In this document: in pieces, positions 26,322 through 40,700 of the stretch
Layout of the letters: each line of letters begins with the position of its first letter
How positions within the stretch are numbered: position 1 is the first letter of the stretch
Assembly: GCA_964057225.1 (NCBI GenBank)
Contig: OZ059896.1
Span: 1,116,001-1,180,000, forward strand
DNA from: Auanema rhodensis
Lineage: Eukaryota; Animalia; Nematoda
DNA length: 64,000 bases
Direction of reading: 5' to 3'
The notes under the pieces: generated by a model
Database searches by the model: none
What the model saw: the letters and a program-made list of their open reading frames with translations, nothing else
What the model was told of the DNA's origin: nothing
Program-made: the position numbers and the translations under genes

Positions 26322-29300
26322 GCTAAATTATTTTGAAATTTTTCGAAAAAATTTTTGTCAAAATGTTTTTGGAAGCAATTTTGAGTGTACATGGAAACTC
26401 AACATACACTAATGCATCATTTTTCAAACGATCATAACTAATTTTTGTATTAAGCGTTTCTCAATGTAGTATAGTGCATTCGATGCGAATTTTTAAGCTG
26501 CGTCGATCTGTGTTATCAGATTTGCGCTAGCTTAAAAATGCACCGAGATATCAACTGATATAAGTTCACACTTATATCCTCGATTTTCACCCTGAAGAAT
26601 TAATTTTTTCGTTGAATAACATTGTCCATCGTTTTTGCCTTGAAAGAAGGAATCTAAAAACATCTACTTTTTGCTAAATTATTTTGAAATTTTTCGAAAA
26701 AATTTTTGTCAAAATGTTTTTGGAAGCAATTTTGAGTGTACATGGAAACTCAACATACACTAATGCATCATTTTTCAAACAATCATACCTAATTTTTGTA
26801 TTAAGCTTTCCTCAATGTAATATAGTGCATTCGATGCGGATTTTTAAGCTGCGTCGATCTGTGTTATCAGATTTGCGCTAGCTTAAAAATGCACCGAGAT
26901 ATCAACTGATATAAGTTCACACTTATATCCTCGATTTTCACCCTGAAGAATTAATTTTTTCGTTGAATAACATTGTCCATCGTTTTTGCCTTGAAAAAAG
27001 GAATCTAAAAACATCTACTTTTTGCTAAATTATTTTGAAATTTTTCGAAAAAATTTTTGTCAAAATGTTTTTGGAAGCAATTTTGAGTGTACATGGAAAC
27101 TCAACATACACTAATGCATCATTTTTCAAACAATCATAACTAATTTTTGTATTAAGCTTTCCTTAATGTAGTATAGTGCATTCGATGCGGACTTTTAAGC
27201 TGCGTCGATCTGTGTTATCAGATTTGCGCTAGCTTAAAAATGCACCGAGATATCAACTGATATAAGTTCACACTTATATCCTCGATTTTCACCCTGAAGA
27301 ATTAATTTTTTCGTTGAATAACATTGTCCATCGTTTTTGCCTTGAAAGAAGGAATCTAAAAACATCTACTTTTTGCTAAATTATTTTGAAATTTTTCGAA
27401 AAAATTTTTGTCAAAATGTTTTTGGAAGCAATTTTGAGTGTACATGGAAACTCAACATACACTAATGCATCATTTTTCAAACGATCATAACTAATTTTTG
27501 TATTAAGCTTTTCTTAATGTAGTATAGTGCATTCGATGCGGACTTTTAAGCTGCGTCGATCTGTGTTATCAGATTTGCGCTAGCTTAAAAATGCACCGAG
27601 ATATTAACTGATATAAGTTCACACTTATATCCTCGATTTTCACCCTGAAGAATTAATTTTTTCGTTGAATAACATTGTCCATCGTTTTTGCCTTGAAAAA
27701 AGGAATCTAAAAACATCTACTTTTTGCTAAATTATTTTGAAATTTTTCGAAAAAATTTTTGTCAAAATGTTTTTGGAAGCAATTTTGAGTGTACATGGAA
27801 ACTCAACATACACTAATGCATCATTTTTCAAACAATCATAACTAATTTTTGTATTAAGCTTTCCTTAATGTAGTATAGTGCATTCGATGCGGACTTTTAA
27901 GCTGCGTCGATCTGTGTTATCAGATTTGCGCTAGCTTAAAAATGCACCGAGATATCAACTGATATAAGTTCACACTTATATCCTCGATTTTCACCCTGAA
28001 GAATTAATTTTTTCGTTGAATAACATTGTCCATCGTTTTTGCCTTGAAAGAAGGAATCTAAAAACATCTACTTTTTGCTAAATTATTTTGAAATTTTTCG
28101 AAAAAATTTTTGTCAAAATGTTTTTGGAAGCAATTTTGAGTGTACATGGAAACTCAACATACACTAATGCATCATTTTTCAAACGATCATAACTAATTTT
28201 TGTATTAAGCTTTTCTTAATGTAGTATAGTGCATTCGATGCGGACTTTTAAGCTGCGTCGATCTGTGTTATCAGATTTGCGCTAGCTTAAAAATGCACCG
28301 AGATATTAACTGATATAAGTTCACACTTATATCCTCGATTTTCACCCTGAAGAATTAATTTTTTCGTTGAATAACATTGTCCATCGTTTTTGCCTCAAAA
28401 AAAGGAATCTAAAAACATCTACTTTTTGCGAAATTATTTTGAAATTTTTCGAAAAAATTTTGTCAAAATGTTTTTGGAAGCAATGTTGAGTGTACATGGA
28501 AACTCAACATACACTAATGCATCATTTTTCAAACGATCATAACTAATTTTTGTGATGAGCGTTTCTCTATGTAGTATAATGCATTCGATGCGGATTTTTA
28601 AGCTGCGTCGATCTGTGTTATCAGATTTGCGCTAGCTTAAAAATGCACCGAGATATCAACTGATATAAGTTCACACCTATATCCTCGATTTTCACCCTGA
28701 AGAATTAATTTTTTCGTTGAATAACATTGTCCATCGTTTTTGCCTCAAAAAAAGGAATCTAAAAACATCTACTTTTTGCGAAATTATTTTGAAATTTTTC
28801 GAAAAAATTTTGTCAAAATGTTTTTGGAAGCAATGTTGAGTGTACATGGAAACTCAACATACACTAATGCATCATTTTTCAAACGATCATAACTAATTTT
28901 TGTGATGAGCGTTTCTCCATGTAGTATAATGCATTCGATGCGGATTTTTAAGCTGCGTCGATCTGTGTTATCAGATTTGCGCTAGCTTAAAAATGCACCG
29001 AGATATCAACTGATATAAGTTCACACTTATATCCTCGATTTTCACCCTGAAGAATTAATTTTTTCGTTGAATAACATTGTCCATCGTTTTTGCCTTGAAA
29101 GAAGGAATCTAAAAACATCTACTTTTTGCTAAATTATTTTGAAATTTTTCGAAAAAATTTTTGTCAAAATGTTTTTGGAAGCAATTTTGAGTGTACATGG
29201 AAACTCAACATACACTAATGCATCATTTTTCAAACAATCATAACTAATTTTTGTATTAAGCTTTCCTCAATGTAATATAGTGCATTCGATGCGGATTTTT

Positions 29301-32300
29301 AAGCTGCGTCGATCTGTGTTATCAGATTTGCGCTAGCTTAAAAATGCACCGAGATATCAACTGATATAAGTTCACACTTATATCCTCGATTTTCACCCTG
29401 AAGAATTAATTTTTTCGTTGAATAACATTGTCCATCGTTTTTGCCTTGAAAAAAGGAATCTAAAAACATCTACTTTTTGCTAAATTATTTTGAAATTTTT
29501 CGAAAAAATTTTTGTCAAAATGTTTTTGGAAGCAATTTTGAGTGTACATGGAAACTCAACATACACTAATGCATCATTTTTCAAACAATCATAACTAATT
29601 TTTGTATTAAGCTTTCCTTAATGTAGTATAGTGCATTCGATGCGGACTTTTAAGCTGCGTCGATCTGTGTTATCAGATTTGCGCTAGCTTAAAAATGCAC
29701 CGAGATATCAACTGATATAAGTTCACACTTATATCCTCGATTTTCACCCTGAAGAATTAATTTTTTCGTTGAATAACATTGTCCATCGTTTTTGCCTTGA
29801 AAGAAGGAATCTAAAAACATCTACTTTTTGCTAAATTATTTTGAAATTTTTCGAAAAAATTTTTGTCAAAATGTTTTTGGAAGCAATTTTGAGTGTACAT
29901 GGAAACTCAACATACACTAATGCATCATTTTTCAAACGATCATAACTAATTTTTGTATTAAGCTTTTCTTAATGTAGTATAGTGCATTCGATGCGGACTT
30001 TTAAGCTGCGTCGATCTGTGTTATCAGATTTGCGCTAGCTTAAAAATGCACCGAGATATTAACTGATATAAGTTCACACTTATATCCTCGATTTTCACCC
30101 TGAAGAATTAATTTTTTCGTTGAATAACATTGTCCATCGTTTTTGCCTCAAAAAAAGGAATCTAAAAACATCTACTTTTTGCGAAATTATTTTGAAATTT
30201 TTCGAAAAAATTTTGTCAAAATGTTTTTGGAAGCAATGTTGAGTGTACATGGAAACTCAACATACACTAATGCATCATTTTTCAAACGATCATAACTAAT
30301 TTTTGTGATGAGCGTTTCTCCATGTAGTATAATGCATTCGATGCGGATTTTTAAGCTGCGTCGATCTGTGTTATCAGATTTGCGCTAACTTAAAAATGCA
30401 CCGAGATATCAACTGATATAAGTTCACACATATATCCTCGATTTTCACCCTGAAGAATTAATTTTTTCGTTGAATAACATTGTCCATCGTTTTTGCCTCA
30501 AAAAAAGGAATCTAAAAACATCTACTTTTTGCGAAATTATTTTGAAATTTTTCGAAAAAATTTTGTCAAAATGTTTTTGGAAGCAATGTTGAGTGTACAT
30601 GGAAACTCAACATACACTAATGCATCATTTTTCAAACGATCATAACTAATTTTTGTGATGAGCGTTTCTCCATGTAGTATAATGCATTCGATGCGGATTT
30701 TTAAGCTGCGTCGATCTGTGTTATCAGATTTGCGCTAGCTTAAAAATGCACCGAGATATCAACTGATATAAGTTCACACTTATATCCTCGATTTTCACCC
30801 TGAAGAATTAATTTTTTCGTTGAATAACATTGTCCATCGTTTTTGCCTTGAAAGAAGGAATCTAAAAACATCTACTTTTTGCTAAATTATTTTGAAATTT
30901 TTCGAAAAAATTTTTGTCAAAATGTTTTTGGAAGCAATTTTGAGTGTACATGGAAACTCAACATACACTAATGCATCATTTTTCAAACGATCATAACTAA
31001 TTTTTGTATTAAGCGTTTCTCAATGTAGTATAGTGCATTCGATGCGAATTTTTAAGCTGCGTCGATCTGTGTTATCAGATTTGCGCTAGCTTAAAAATGC
31101 ACCGAGATATCAACTGATATAAGTTCACACTTATATCCTCGATTTTCACCCTGAAGAATTAATTTTTTCGTTGAATAACATTGTCCATCGTTTTTGCCTT
31201 GAAAGAAGGAATCTAAAAACATCTACTTTTCGCTAAATTATTTTGAAATTTTTCGAAAAAATTTTTGTCAAAATGTTTTTGGAAGCAATTTTGAGTGTAC
31301 ATGGAAACTCAACATACACTAATGCATCATTTTTCAAACAATCATACCTAATTTTTGTATTAAGCTTTCCTCAATGTAATATAGTGCATTCGATGCGGAT
31401 TTTTAAGCTGCGTCGATCTGTGTTATCAGATTTGCGCTAGCTTAAAAATGCACCGAGATATCAACTGATATAAGTTCACACTTATATCCTCGATTTTCAC
31501 CCTGAAGAATTAATTTTTTCGTTGAATAACATTGTCCATCGTTTTTGCCTTGAAAAAAGGAATCTAAAAACATCTACTTTTTGCTAAATTATTTTGAAAT
31601 TTTTCGAAAAAATTTTTGTCAAAATGTTTTTGGAAGCAATTTTGAGTGTACATGGAAACTCAACATACACTAATGCATCATTTTTCAAACAATCATAACT
31701 AATTTTTGTATTAAGCTTTCCTTAATGTAGTATAGTGCATTCGATGCGGACTTTTAAGCTGCGTCGATCTGTGTTATCAGATTTGCGCTAGCTTAAAAAT
31801 GCACCGAGATATCAACTGATATAAGTTCACACTTATATCCTCGATTTTCACCCTGAAGAATTAATTTTTTCGTTGAATAACATTGTCCATCGTTTTTGCC
31901 TTGAAAGAAGGAATCTAAAAACATCTACTTTTTGCTAAATTATTTTGAAATTTTTCGAAAAAATTTTTGTCAAAATGTTTTTGGAAGCAATTTTGAGTGT
32001 ACATGGAAACTCAACATACACTAATGCATCATTTTTCAAACGATCATAACTAATTTTTGTATTAAGCTTTTCTTAATGTAGTATAGTGCATTCGATGCGG
32101 ACTTTTAAGCTGCGTCGATCTGTGTTATCAGATTTGCGCTAGCTTAAAAATGCACCGAGATATTAACTGATATAAGTTCACACTTATATCCTCGATTTTC
32201 ACCCTGAAGAATTAATTTTTTCGTTGAATAACATTGTCCATCGTTTTTGCCTCAAAAAAAGGAATCTAAAAACATCTACTTTTTGCGAAATTATTTTGAA

Positions 32301-34737
32301 ATTTTTCGAAAAAATTTTGTCAAAATGTTTTTGGAAGCAATGTTGAGTGTACATGGAAACTCAACATACACTAATGCATCATTTTTCAAACGATCATAAC
32401 TAATTTTTGTGATGAGCGTTTCTCTATGTAGTATAATGCATTCGATGCGGATTTTTAAGCTGCGTCGATCTGTGTTATCAGATTTGCGCTAGCTTAAAAA
32501 TGCACCGAGATATCAACTGATATAAGTTCACACCTATATCCTCGATTTTCACCCTGAAGAATTAATTTTTTCGTTGAATAACATTGTCCATCGTTTTTGC
32601 CTCAAAAAAAGGAATCTAAAAACATCTACTTTTTGCGAAATTATTTTGAAATTTTTCGAAAAAATTTTGTCAAAATGTTTTTGGAAGCAATGTTGAGTGT
32701 ACATGGAAACTCAACATACACTAATGCATCATTTTTCAAACGATCATAACTAATTTTTGTGATGAGCGTTTCTCCATGTAGTATAATGCATTCGATGCGG
32801 ATTTTTAAGCTGCGTCGATCTGTGTTATCAGATTTGCGCTAGCTTAAAAATGCACCGAGATATCAACTGATATAAGTTCACACTTATATCCTCGATTTTC
32901 ACCCTGAAGAATTAATTTTTTCGTTGAATAACATTGTCCATCGTTTTTGCCTTGAAAGAAGGAATCTAAAAACATCTACTTTTTGCTAAATTATTTTGAA
33001 ATTTTTCGAAAAAATTTTTGTCAAAATGTTTTTGGAAGCAATTTTGAGTGTACATGGAAACTCAACATACACTAATGCATCATTTTTCAAACAATCATAA
33101 CTAATTTTTGTATTAAGCTTTCCTCAATGTAATATAGTGCATTCGATGCGGATTTTTAAGCTGCGTCGATCTGTGTTATCAGATTTGCGCTAGCTTAAAA
33201 ATGCACCGAGATATCAACTGATATAAGTTCACACTTATATCCTCGATTTTCACCCTGAAGAATTAATTTTTTCGTTGAATAACATTGTCCATCGTTTTTG
33301 CCTTGAAAAAAGGAATCGAAAAACATCTACTTTTTGCTAAATTATTTTGAAATTTTTCGAAAAAATTTTTGTCAAAATGTTTTTGGAAGCAATTTTGAGT
33401 GTACATGGAAACTCAACATACACTAATGCATCATTTTTCAAACAATCATAACTAATTTTTGTATTAAGCTTTCTTTAATGTAGTATAGTGCATTCGATGC
33501 GGACTTTTAAGCTGCGTCGATCTGTGTTATCAGATTTGCGCTAGCTTAAAAATGCACCGAGATATCAACTGATATAAGTTCACACTTATATCCTCGATTT
33601 TCACCCTGAAGAATTAATTTTTTCGTTGAATAACATTGTCCATCGTTTTTGCCTTGAAAGAAGGAATCTAAAAACATCTACTTTTTGCTAAATTATTTTG
33701 AAATTTTTCGAAAAAATTTTTGTCAAAATGTTTTTGGAAGCAATTTTGAGTGTACATGGAAACTCAACATACACTAATGCATCATTTTTCAAACGATCAT
33801 AACTAATTTTTGTATTAAGCTTTTCTTAATGTAGTATAGTGCATTCGATGCGGACTTTTAAGCTGCGTCGATCTGTGTTATCAGATTTGCGCTAGCTTAA
33901 AAATGCACCGAGATATTAACTGATATAAGTTCACACTTATATCCTCGATTTTCACCCTGAAGAATTAATTTTTTCGTTGAATAACATTGTCCATCGTTTT
34001 TGCCTCAAAAAAAGGAATCTAAAAACATCTACTTTTTGCGAAATTATTTTGAAATTTTTCGAAAAAATTTTGTCAAAATGTTTTTGGAAGCAATGTTGAG
34101 TGTACATGGAAACTCAACATACACTAATGCATCATTTTTCAAACGATCATAACTAATTTTTGTGATGAGCGTTTCTCCATGTAGTATAATGCATTCGATG
34201 CGGATTTTTAAGCTGCGTCGATCTGTGTTATCAGATTTGCGCTAACTTAAAAATGCACCGAGATATCAACTGATATAAGTTCACACATATATCCTCGATT
34301 TTCACCCTGAAGAATTAATTTTTTCGTTGAATAACATTGTCCATCGTTTTTGCCTCAAAAAAAGGAATCTAAAAACATCTACTTTTTGCGAAATTATTTT
34401 GAAATTTTTCGAAAAAATTTTGTCAAAATGTTTTTGGAAGCAATGTTGAGTGTACATGGAAACTCAACATACACTAATGCATCATTTTTCAAACGATCAT
34501 AACTAATTTTTGTGATGAGCGTTTCTCCATGTAGTATAATGCATTCGATGCGGATTTTTAAGCTGCGTCGATCTGTGTTATCAGATTTGCGCTAGCTTAA
34601 AAATGCACCGAGATATCAACTGATATAAGTTCACACTTATATCCTCGATTTTCACCCTGAAGAATTAATTTTTTCGTTGAATAACATTGTCCATCGTTTT
34701 TGCCTTGAAAGAAGGAATCTAAAAACATCTACTTTTT
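26322..34737. repeat. Higher-order repeat: a 13-mer (26322-30880) followed by an 11-mer (30881-34737), each built from a nested 5-mer
   Basis: The rare variant CATACCT recurs 4559 bp apart (13x351-4), which is also the offset of the identical ORFs at 26684 and 31243. The rare pair GCTAACTT plus CACATAT recurs 3857 bp apart (11x351-4). Confidence 0.85.
26840..26890. other. 51-bp imperfect inverted repeat ATTTTTAAGCT...AGCTTAAAAAT (example copy)
   Basis: It has perfect 11-bp outer arms, inner GCG/CGC and ATCTG/CAGAT pairings, and a 6-nt loop TGTTAT. Confidence 0.85.
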
Positions 34738-37700
34738 GCTAAATTATTTTGAAATTTTTCGAAAAAATTTTTGTCAAAATGTTTTTGGAAGCAATTTTGA
34801 GTGTACATGGAAACTCAACATACACTAATGCATCATTTTTCAAACGATCATAACTAATTTTTGTATTAAGCGTTTCTCAATGTAGTATAGTGCATTCGAT
34901 GCGGATTTTTAAGCTGCGTCGATCTGTGTTATCAGATTTGCGCTAGCTTGAAAATGCACCGAGATATCAACTGATATAAGTTCACACCTATATCCTCGAT
35001 TTTCACCCTGAAGAATTAATTTTTTCGTTGAATAACATTGTCCATCGTTTTTGCCTTGAAAGAAGGAATCTAAAAACATCTACTTTTTGCTAAATTATTT
35101 TGAAATTTTTCGAAAAAATTTTTGTCAAATTGTTTTTGGAAGCAATTTTGAGTGTACATGGAAACTCAACATACACTAATGCATCATTTTTCAAACGATC
35201 ATAACTAATTTTTGTATTAAGCTTTGCTTAATGTAGTATAGTGCATTCGATGCGGACTTTTAAGCTGCGTCGATCTGTGTTATCAGATTTGCGCTAGCTT
35301 AAAAATGCACCGAGATATCAACTGATATAAGTTCACACTTATATCCTCGATTTTCACCCTGAAGAATTAATTTTTTCGTTGAATAACATTGTCCATCGTT
35401 TTTGCCTTGAAAGAAGGAATCTAAAAACATCTACTTTTTGCTAAATTATTTTGAAATTTTTCGAAAAAATTTTTGTCAAAATGTTTTTGGAAGCAATTTT
35501 GAGTGTACATGGAAACTCAACATACACTAATGCATCATTTTTCAAACAATCATAACTAATTTTTGTATTAAGCTTTCCTCAATGTAATATAGTGCATTCG
35601 ATGCGGATTTTTAAGCTGCGTCGATCTGTGTTATCAGATTTGCGCTAGCTTAAAAATGCACCGAGATATCAACTGATATAAGTTCACACTTATATCCTCG
35701 ATTTTCACCCTGAAGAATTAATTTTTTCGTTGAATAACATCGTCCATCGTTTTTGCCTTGAAAAAAGGAATTTAAAAACATCTACTTTTTGCTAAATTAT
35801 TTTGAAATTTTTCGAAAAAATTTTTGTCAAAATGTTTTTGGAAGCAATTTTGAGTGTACATGGAAACTCAACATACACTAATGCATCATTTTTCAAACGA
35901 TCATAACTAATTTTTGTATTGAGCGTTTCTTAATGTATTATAGTGCATTCGATGCGGATTTTTAAGCTGCTTCGATCTGTGTTATCAGATTTGCGCTAGC
36001 TTAAAAATGCACCGAGATATCAACTGATATAAGTTCACACTTATATCCTCGATTTTCACCCTGAAGAATTAATTTTTTCGTTGAATAACAATGTCCATCG
36101 TTTTTGCCTCGAAAAAAGGAATCTAAAAACATCTACTTTTTGCTAAATTATTTTGAAATTTTTCGAAAAAATTTTTGTCAAAATGTTTTTGGAAGCAATT
36201 TTGAGTGTACATGGAAACTCAACATACACTAATGCATCATTTTTCAAACGATCATAACTAATTTTTGTATTAAGCTTTTCTTAATGTAGTATAGTGCATT
36301 CGATGCGGACTTTTAAGCTGCGTCGATCTATGTTATCAGATTTGCGCTAGCTTAAAAATGCACCGAGATATTAACTTATATAAGTTCACACTTATATCCT
36401 CGATTTTCACCCTGAAGAATTAATTTTTTCGTTGAATAACATTGTCCATCGTTTTTGCCTTGAAAAAAGGAATCTAAAAACATCTACTTTTTGCTAAATT
36501 ATTTTGAAATTTTTCGAAAAAATTTTTGTCAAAATGTTTTTGGAAGCAATTTTGAGTGTACATGGAAACTCAACATACACTAATGCATCATTTTTCAAAC
36601 GATCATAACTAATTTTTGTATTGAGCGTTTCTTAATGTATTATAGTGCATTCGATGCGGATTTTTAAGCTGCTTCGATCTGTGTTATCAGATTTGCGCTA
36701 GCTTAAAAATGCACCGAGATATCAACTGATATAAGTTCACACTTATATCCTCGATTTTCACCCTGAAGAATTAATTTTTTCGTTGAATAACATTGTCCAT
36801 CGTTTTTGCCTCGAAAAAAGGAATCTAAAAACATCTACTTTTTGCTAAATTATTTTGAAATTTTTCGAAAAAATTTTTGTCAAAATGTTTTTGGAAGCAA
36901 TTTTGAGTGTACATGGAAACTCAACATACACTAATGCATCATTTTTCAAACGATCATAACTAATTTTTGTATTAAGCTTTTCTTAATGTAGTATAGTGCA
37001 TTCGATGCGGACTTTTAAGCTGCGTCGATCTATGTTATCAGATTTGCGCTAGCTTAAAAATGCACCGAGATATTAACTGATATAAGTTCACACTTATATC
37101 CTCGATTTTCACCCTGAAGAATTAATTTTTTCGTTGAATAACATTGTCCATCGTTTTTGCCTCAAAAAAAGGAATCTAAAAACATCTACTTTTTGCGAAA
37201 TTATTTTGAAATTTTTCGAAAAAATTTTGTCAAAATGTTTTTGGAAGCAATGTTGAGTGTACATGGAAACTCAACATACACTAATGCATCATTTTTCAAA
37301 CGATCATAACTAATTTTTGTGATGAGCGTTTCTCCATGTAGTATAATGCATTCGATGCGGATTTTTAAGCTGCGTCGATCTGTGTTATCAGATTTGCGCT
37401 AGCTTAAAAATGCACCGAGATATCAACTGATATAAGTTCACACTTATATCCTCGATTTTCACCCTGAAGAATTAATTTTTTCGTTGAATAACATTGTCCA
37501 TCGTTTTTGCCTTGAAAGAAGGAATCTAAAAACATCTACTTTTTGCTAAATTATTTTGAAATTTTTCGAAAAAATTTTTGTCAAAATGTTTTTGGAAGCA
37601 ATTTTGAGTGTACATGGAAACTCAACATACACTAATGCATCATTTTTCAAACGATCATAACTAATTTTTGTAATAAGCTTTTCTCAATGTAGTATAGTGC

Positions 37701-40700
37701 ATTCGATGCGGACTTTTAAGCTGCGTCGATCTGTGTTATCAGATTTGCGCTAGCTTAAAAATGCACCGAGATATTAACTGATATAAGTTCACACTTATAT
37801 CCTCGATTTTCACCCTGAAGAATTAATTTTTTCGTTGAATAACATTGTCCATCGTTTTTGCCTTGAAAGAAGGAATCTAAAAACATCTACTTTTTGCTAA
37901 ATTATTTTGAAATTTTTCGAAAAAATTTTTGTCAAAATGTTTTTGGAAGCAATTTTGAGTGTACATGGAAACTCAACATACACTAATGCATCATTTTTCA
38001 AACGATCATAACTAATTTTTGTAATAAGCTTTTCTCAATGTAATATAGTGCATTCGATGCGGTTTTTTAAGCTGCGTCGATCTGTGTTATCAGATTTGCG
38101 CTAGCTTAAAAATGCACCGAGATATTAACTGATATAAGTTCACACTTATATCCTCGATTTTCACCCTGAAGAATTAATTTTTTCGTTGAATAACATTGTC
38201 CATCGTTTTTGCCTCAAAAAAAGGAATCTAAAAACATCTACTTTTTGCGAAATTATTTTGAAATTTTTCGAAAAAATTTTGTCAAAATGTTTTTGGAAGC
38301 AATGTTGAGTGTACATGGAAACTCAACATACACTAATGCATCATTTTTCAAACGATCATAACTAATTTTTGTATTAAGCTTTCCTCAATGTAATATAGTG
38401 CATTCGATGCGGATTTTTAAGCTGCGTCGATCTGTGTTATTAGATTTGCGCTAGCTTAAAAATGCACCGAGATATCAACTGATATAAGTTCACACTTATA
38501 TCCTCGATTTTCACCCTGAAGAATTAATTTTTTCGTTGAATAACATTGTCCATCGTTTTTGCCTTGAAAGAAGGAATCTAAAAACATCTACTTTTTGCTA
38601 AATTATTTTGAAATTTTTCGAAAAAATTTTTGTCAAAATGTTTTTGGAAGCAATTTTGAGTGTACATGGAAACTCAACATACACTAATGCATCATTTTTC
38701 AAACGATCATAACTAATTTTTGTATTAAGCTTTTCTCAATGTAGTATAGTGCATTCGATGCGGACTTTTAAGCTGCGTCGATCTGTGTTATCAGATTTGC
38801 GCTAGCTTAAAAATGCACCGAGATATTAACTGATATAAGTTCACACTTATATCCTCGATTTTCACCCTGAAGAATTAATTTTTTCGTTGAATAACATTGT
38901 CCATCGTTTTTGCCTTGAAAGAAGGAATCTAAAAACATCTACTTTTTGCTAAATTATTTTGAAATTTTTCGAAAAAATTTTTGTCAAAATGTTTTTGGAA
39001 GCAATTTTGAGTGTACATGGAAACTCAACATACACTAATGCATCATTTTTCAAACGATCATAACTAATTTTTGTATTAAGCTTTTCTCAATGTAATATAG
39101 TGCATTCGATGCGGTTTTTTAAGCTGCGTCGATCTGTGTTATCAGATTTGCGCTAGCTTAAAAATGCACCGAGATATTAACTGATATAAGTTCACACTTA
39201 TATCCTCGATTTTCACCCTGAAGAATTAATTTTTTCGTTGAATAACATTGTCCATCGTTTTTGCCTCAAAAAAAGGAATCTAAAAACATCTACTTTTTGC
39301 GAAATTATTTTGAAATTTTTCGAAAAAATTTTGTCAAAATGTTTTTGGAAGCAATGTTGAGTGTACATGGAAACTCAACATACACTAATGCATCATTTTT
39401 CAAACGATCATAACTAATTTTTGTGATGAGCGTTTCTCCATGTAATATAATGCATTCGATGCGGATTTTTAAGCTGCGTCGATCTGTGTTATCAGATTTG
39501 CGCTAGTTTAAAAATGCACCGAGATATCAACTGATATAAGTTCACACTTATATCCTCGATTTTCACCCTGAAGAATTAATTTTTTCGTTGAATAACATTG
39601 TCCATCGTTTTTGCCTTGAAAAAAGGAATCTAAAAACATCTACTTTTTGCTAAATTATTTTGAAATTTTTCGAAAAAATTTTTGTCAAAATGTTTTTGGA
39701 AGCAATTTTGAGTGTACATGGAAACTCAACATACACTAATGCATCATTTTTCAAACGATCATAACTAATTTTTGTATTAAGCTTTTCTTAATGTAGTATA
39801 GTGCATTCGATGCGGATTTTTAAACTGCTTCGATCTGTGTTATCAGATTTGCGCTAGCTTAAAAATGCACCGAGATATCAACTGATATAAGTTCACACTT
39901 ATATCCTCGATTTTCACCCTGAAGAATTAATTTTTTCGTTGAATAACATTGTCCATCGTTTTTGCCTTGAAAAAAGGAATCTAAAAACATCTACTTTTTG
40001 CTAAATTATTTTGAAATTTTTCGAAAAAATTTTTGTCAAAATGTTTTTGGAAGCAATTTTGAGTGTACATGGAAACTCAACATACACTAATGCATCATTT
40101 TTCAAACGATCATAACTAATTTTTGTATTAAGCTTTTCTTAATGTAGTATAGTGCATTCGATGCGGATTTTTAAACTGCTTCGATCTGTGTTATCAGATT
40201 TGCGCTAGCTTAAAAATGCACCGAGATATCAACTGATATAAGTTCACACTTATATCCTCGATTTTCACCCTGAAGAATTAATTTTTTCGTTGAATAACAT
40301 TGTCCATCGTTTTTGCCTTGAAAAAAGGAATCTAAAAACATCTACTTTTTGCTAAATTATTCTGAAATTTTTCGAAAAAATTTTTGTCAAAATGTTTTTG
40401 GAAGCAATTTTGAGTGTACATGGAAACTCAACATACACTAATGCATCATTTTTCAAACGATCATAACTAATTTTTGTATTAAGCTTTTCTTAATGTAGTA
40501 TAGTGCATTCGATGCGGATTTTTAAGCTGCTTCGATCTGTGTTATTAGATTTGCGCTAGCTTAAAAATGCACCGAGATATCAACCTGATATAAGTTCACA
40601 CTTATATCCTCGATTTTCACCCTGAAGAATTAATTTTTTCGTTGAATAACATTGTCCATCGTTTTTGCCTTGAAAAAAGGAATCTAAAAACATCTACTTT

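Noticed and set aside
26684-26881. 65-aa ORF
   Set aside because: It uses the same repeat frame and is opened by a TAA>TAC variant. Useful only as a marker of the 4559-bp duplication.
31243-31440. 65-aa ORF identical to 26684..26881
   Set aside because: A duplicate produced by the higher-order repeat, not evidence of a gene.
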